64,000 nucleotides of DNA, from positions 44,839 to 108,838 of the forward strand of contig CACNKX010000001.1 of assembly GCA_902621165.1 (NCBI GenBank), in the 5' to 3' direction. Below, in pieces: positions 63,784-64,000 of the stretch; the stretch's first letter is position 1; the number at the start of each line of letters is the position of its first letter. The notes beneath the pieces were generated by a model, which searched no databases, was not told the DNA's origin, and saw only the letters and a list, made by a program, of their open reading frames with translations. A program made the position numbers and the translations under genes. The DNA is from an uncultured Alphaproteobacteria bacterium. Its GTDB lineage: Bacteria > Pseudomonadota > Alphaproteobacteria > HIMB59 > GCA-002718135.

Positions 63784-64000
63784 TATCTGTCATGCATATA
63801 GTTTGAGATACCTGTTCTTAATTTTTCAATTATCTCATCAATATGTTTTTTTTCACAAGTAAATGGAGGAGCAACAATTAAACAATCACCTGTTGCTTTC
63901 AAGCTTAAGCCTGCTTCAAATAATTTTTTAAAACAAGCATATCCAGCTTTGCCTAAACGCTCATCCATTTTAATATCAATTCCTCCCATCATTCCATATC
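63783..64000 (-). CDS. Class-III (omega-amino acid:pyruvate type) aminotransferase, C-terminal fragment; 5' part lies outside the window
   Basis: The frame is open to the window edge (...YGMMGGIDIK...). The C-terminal GLSLKATGDCLIVAPPFTCEKKHIDEIIEKL matches the G.D.i..sPP...e.id ending of class-III transaminases. TAATG overlap with the ald start. Confidence 0.6.
   Translation of the reverse strand, partial: YGMMGGIDIKMDERLGKAGYACFKKLFEAGLSLKATGDCLIVAPPFTCEKKHIDEIIEKLRTGISNYMHDR

Noticed and set aside
1-64000. Search by eye for tRNA/rRNA genes, CRISPR arrays, transposases/integrases, prophage or toxin-antitoxin modules
   Set aside because: No spacer is long or GC-rich enough for a tRNA. There are no regularly spaced repeats. 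No ORF has recombinase, transposase or phage motifs. The carbohydrate region therefore has no visible mobility scars, although a covariance-model scan would be needed to be certain about small RNAs.

Overview
This is a very AT-rich, extremely gene-dense stretch of about 65 protein genes. Many start/stop overlaps are of the ATGA or TAATG type, and several convergent gene pairs share their stop codons. I found no rRNA, tRNA, CRISPR array, transposase, integrase or recognisable transcription factor by eye. The ALAS-type hemA, a GcrA-type motif, the compaction and the dominance of ABC uptake systems suggest a streamlined marine alphaproteobacterium (SAR11/Pelagibacterales-like or HIMB59/AEGEAN-169-like). 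That assignment is an inference and I could not verify it.

Layout:
- 1-1.2 kb: 5' part of a family-5 ABC binding protein.
- 1.3-8.7 kb: nth plus a compact heme-biosynthesis supercluster (hemJ-hemF-hemH-hemE-hemC/D, a cytochrome b561 and ALAS hemA).
- 8.7-17.9 kb: housekeeping genes, plus an orphan MotA/MotB-like pair whose B subunit carries a very long periplasmic coiled coil, followed by a secreted pentapeptide-repeat protein, and a GcrA C-terminal-module-only mini-protein.
- 17.9-61.6 kb: a regulator-free carbohydrate/organosulfur utilisation region with three ABC importers (CUT2, CUT1 and Dpp/Opp-like). It encodes an oxidative L-fucose pathway with a cytoplasmic GH29 fucosidase, the hexuronate genes (uxaC-like, uxuB, uxuA, kdgK, eda), six Gfo/Idh/MocA oxidoreductases, a split ComD/ComE-type ThDP decarboxylase embedded in a sugar operon, a cytoplasmic Cys-type sulfatase and a core-MetE-like methyltransferase.
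- 62.7-64 kb: alanine dehydrogenase plus the 3' end of a class-III aminotransferase.

The most interesting candidates are the orphan stator-like module (9.7-13.1 kb) and the roughly 13-kb Dpp-like/Gfo/ComDE/kinase operon with its convergent FucI-like isomerase (44-60 kb).

All functional calls come from my reading of motifs in the supplied translations. No database search was run.
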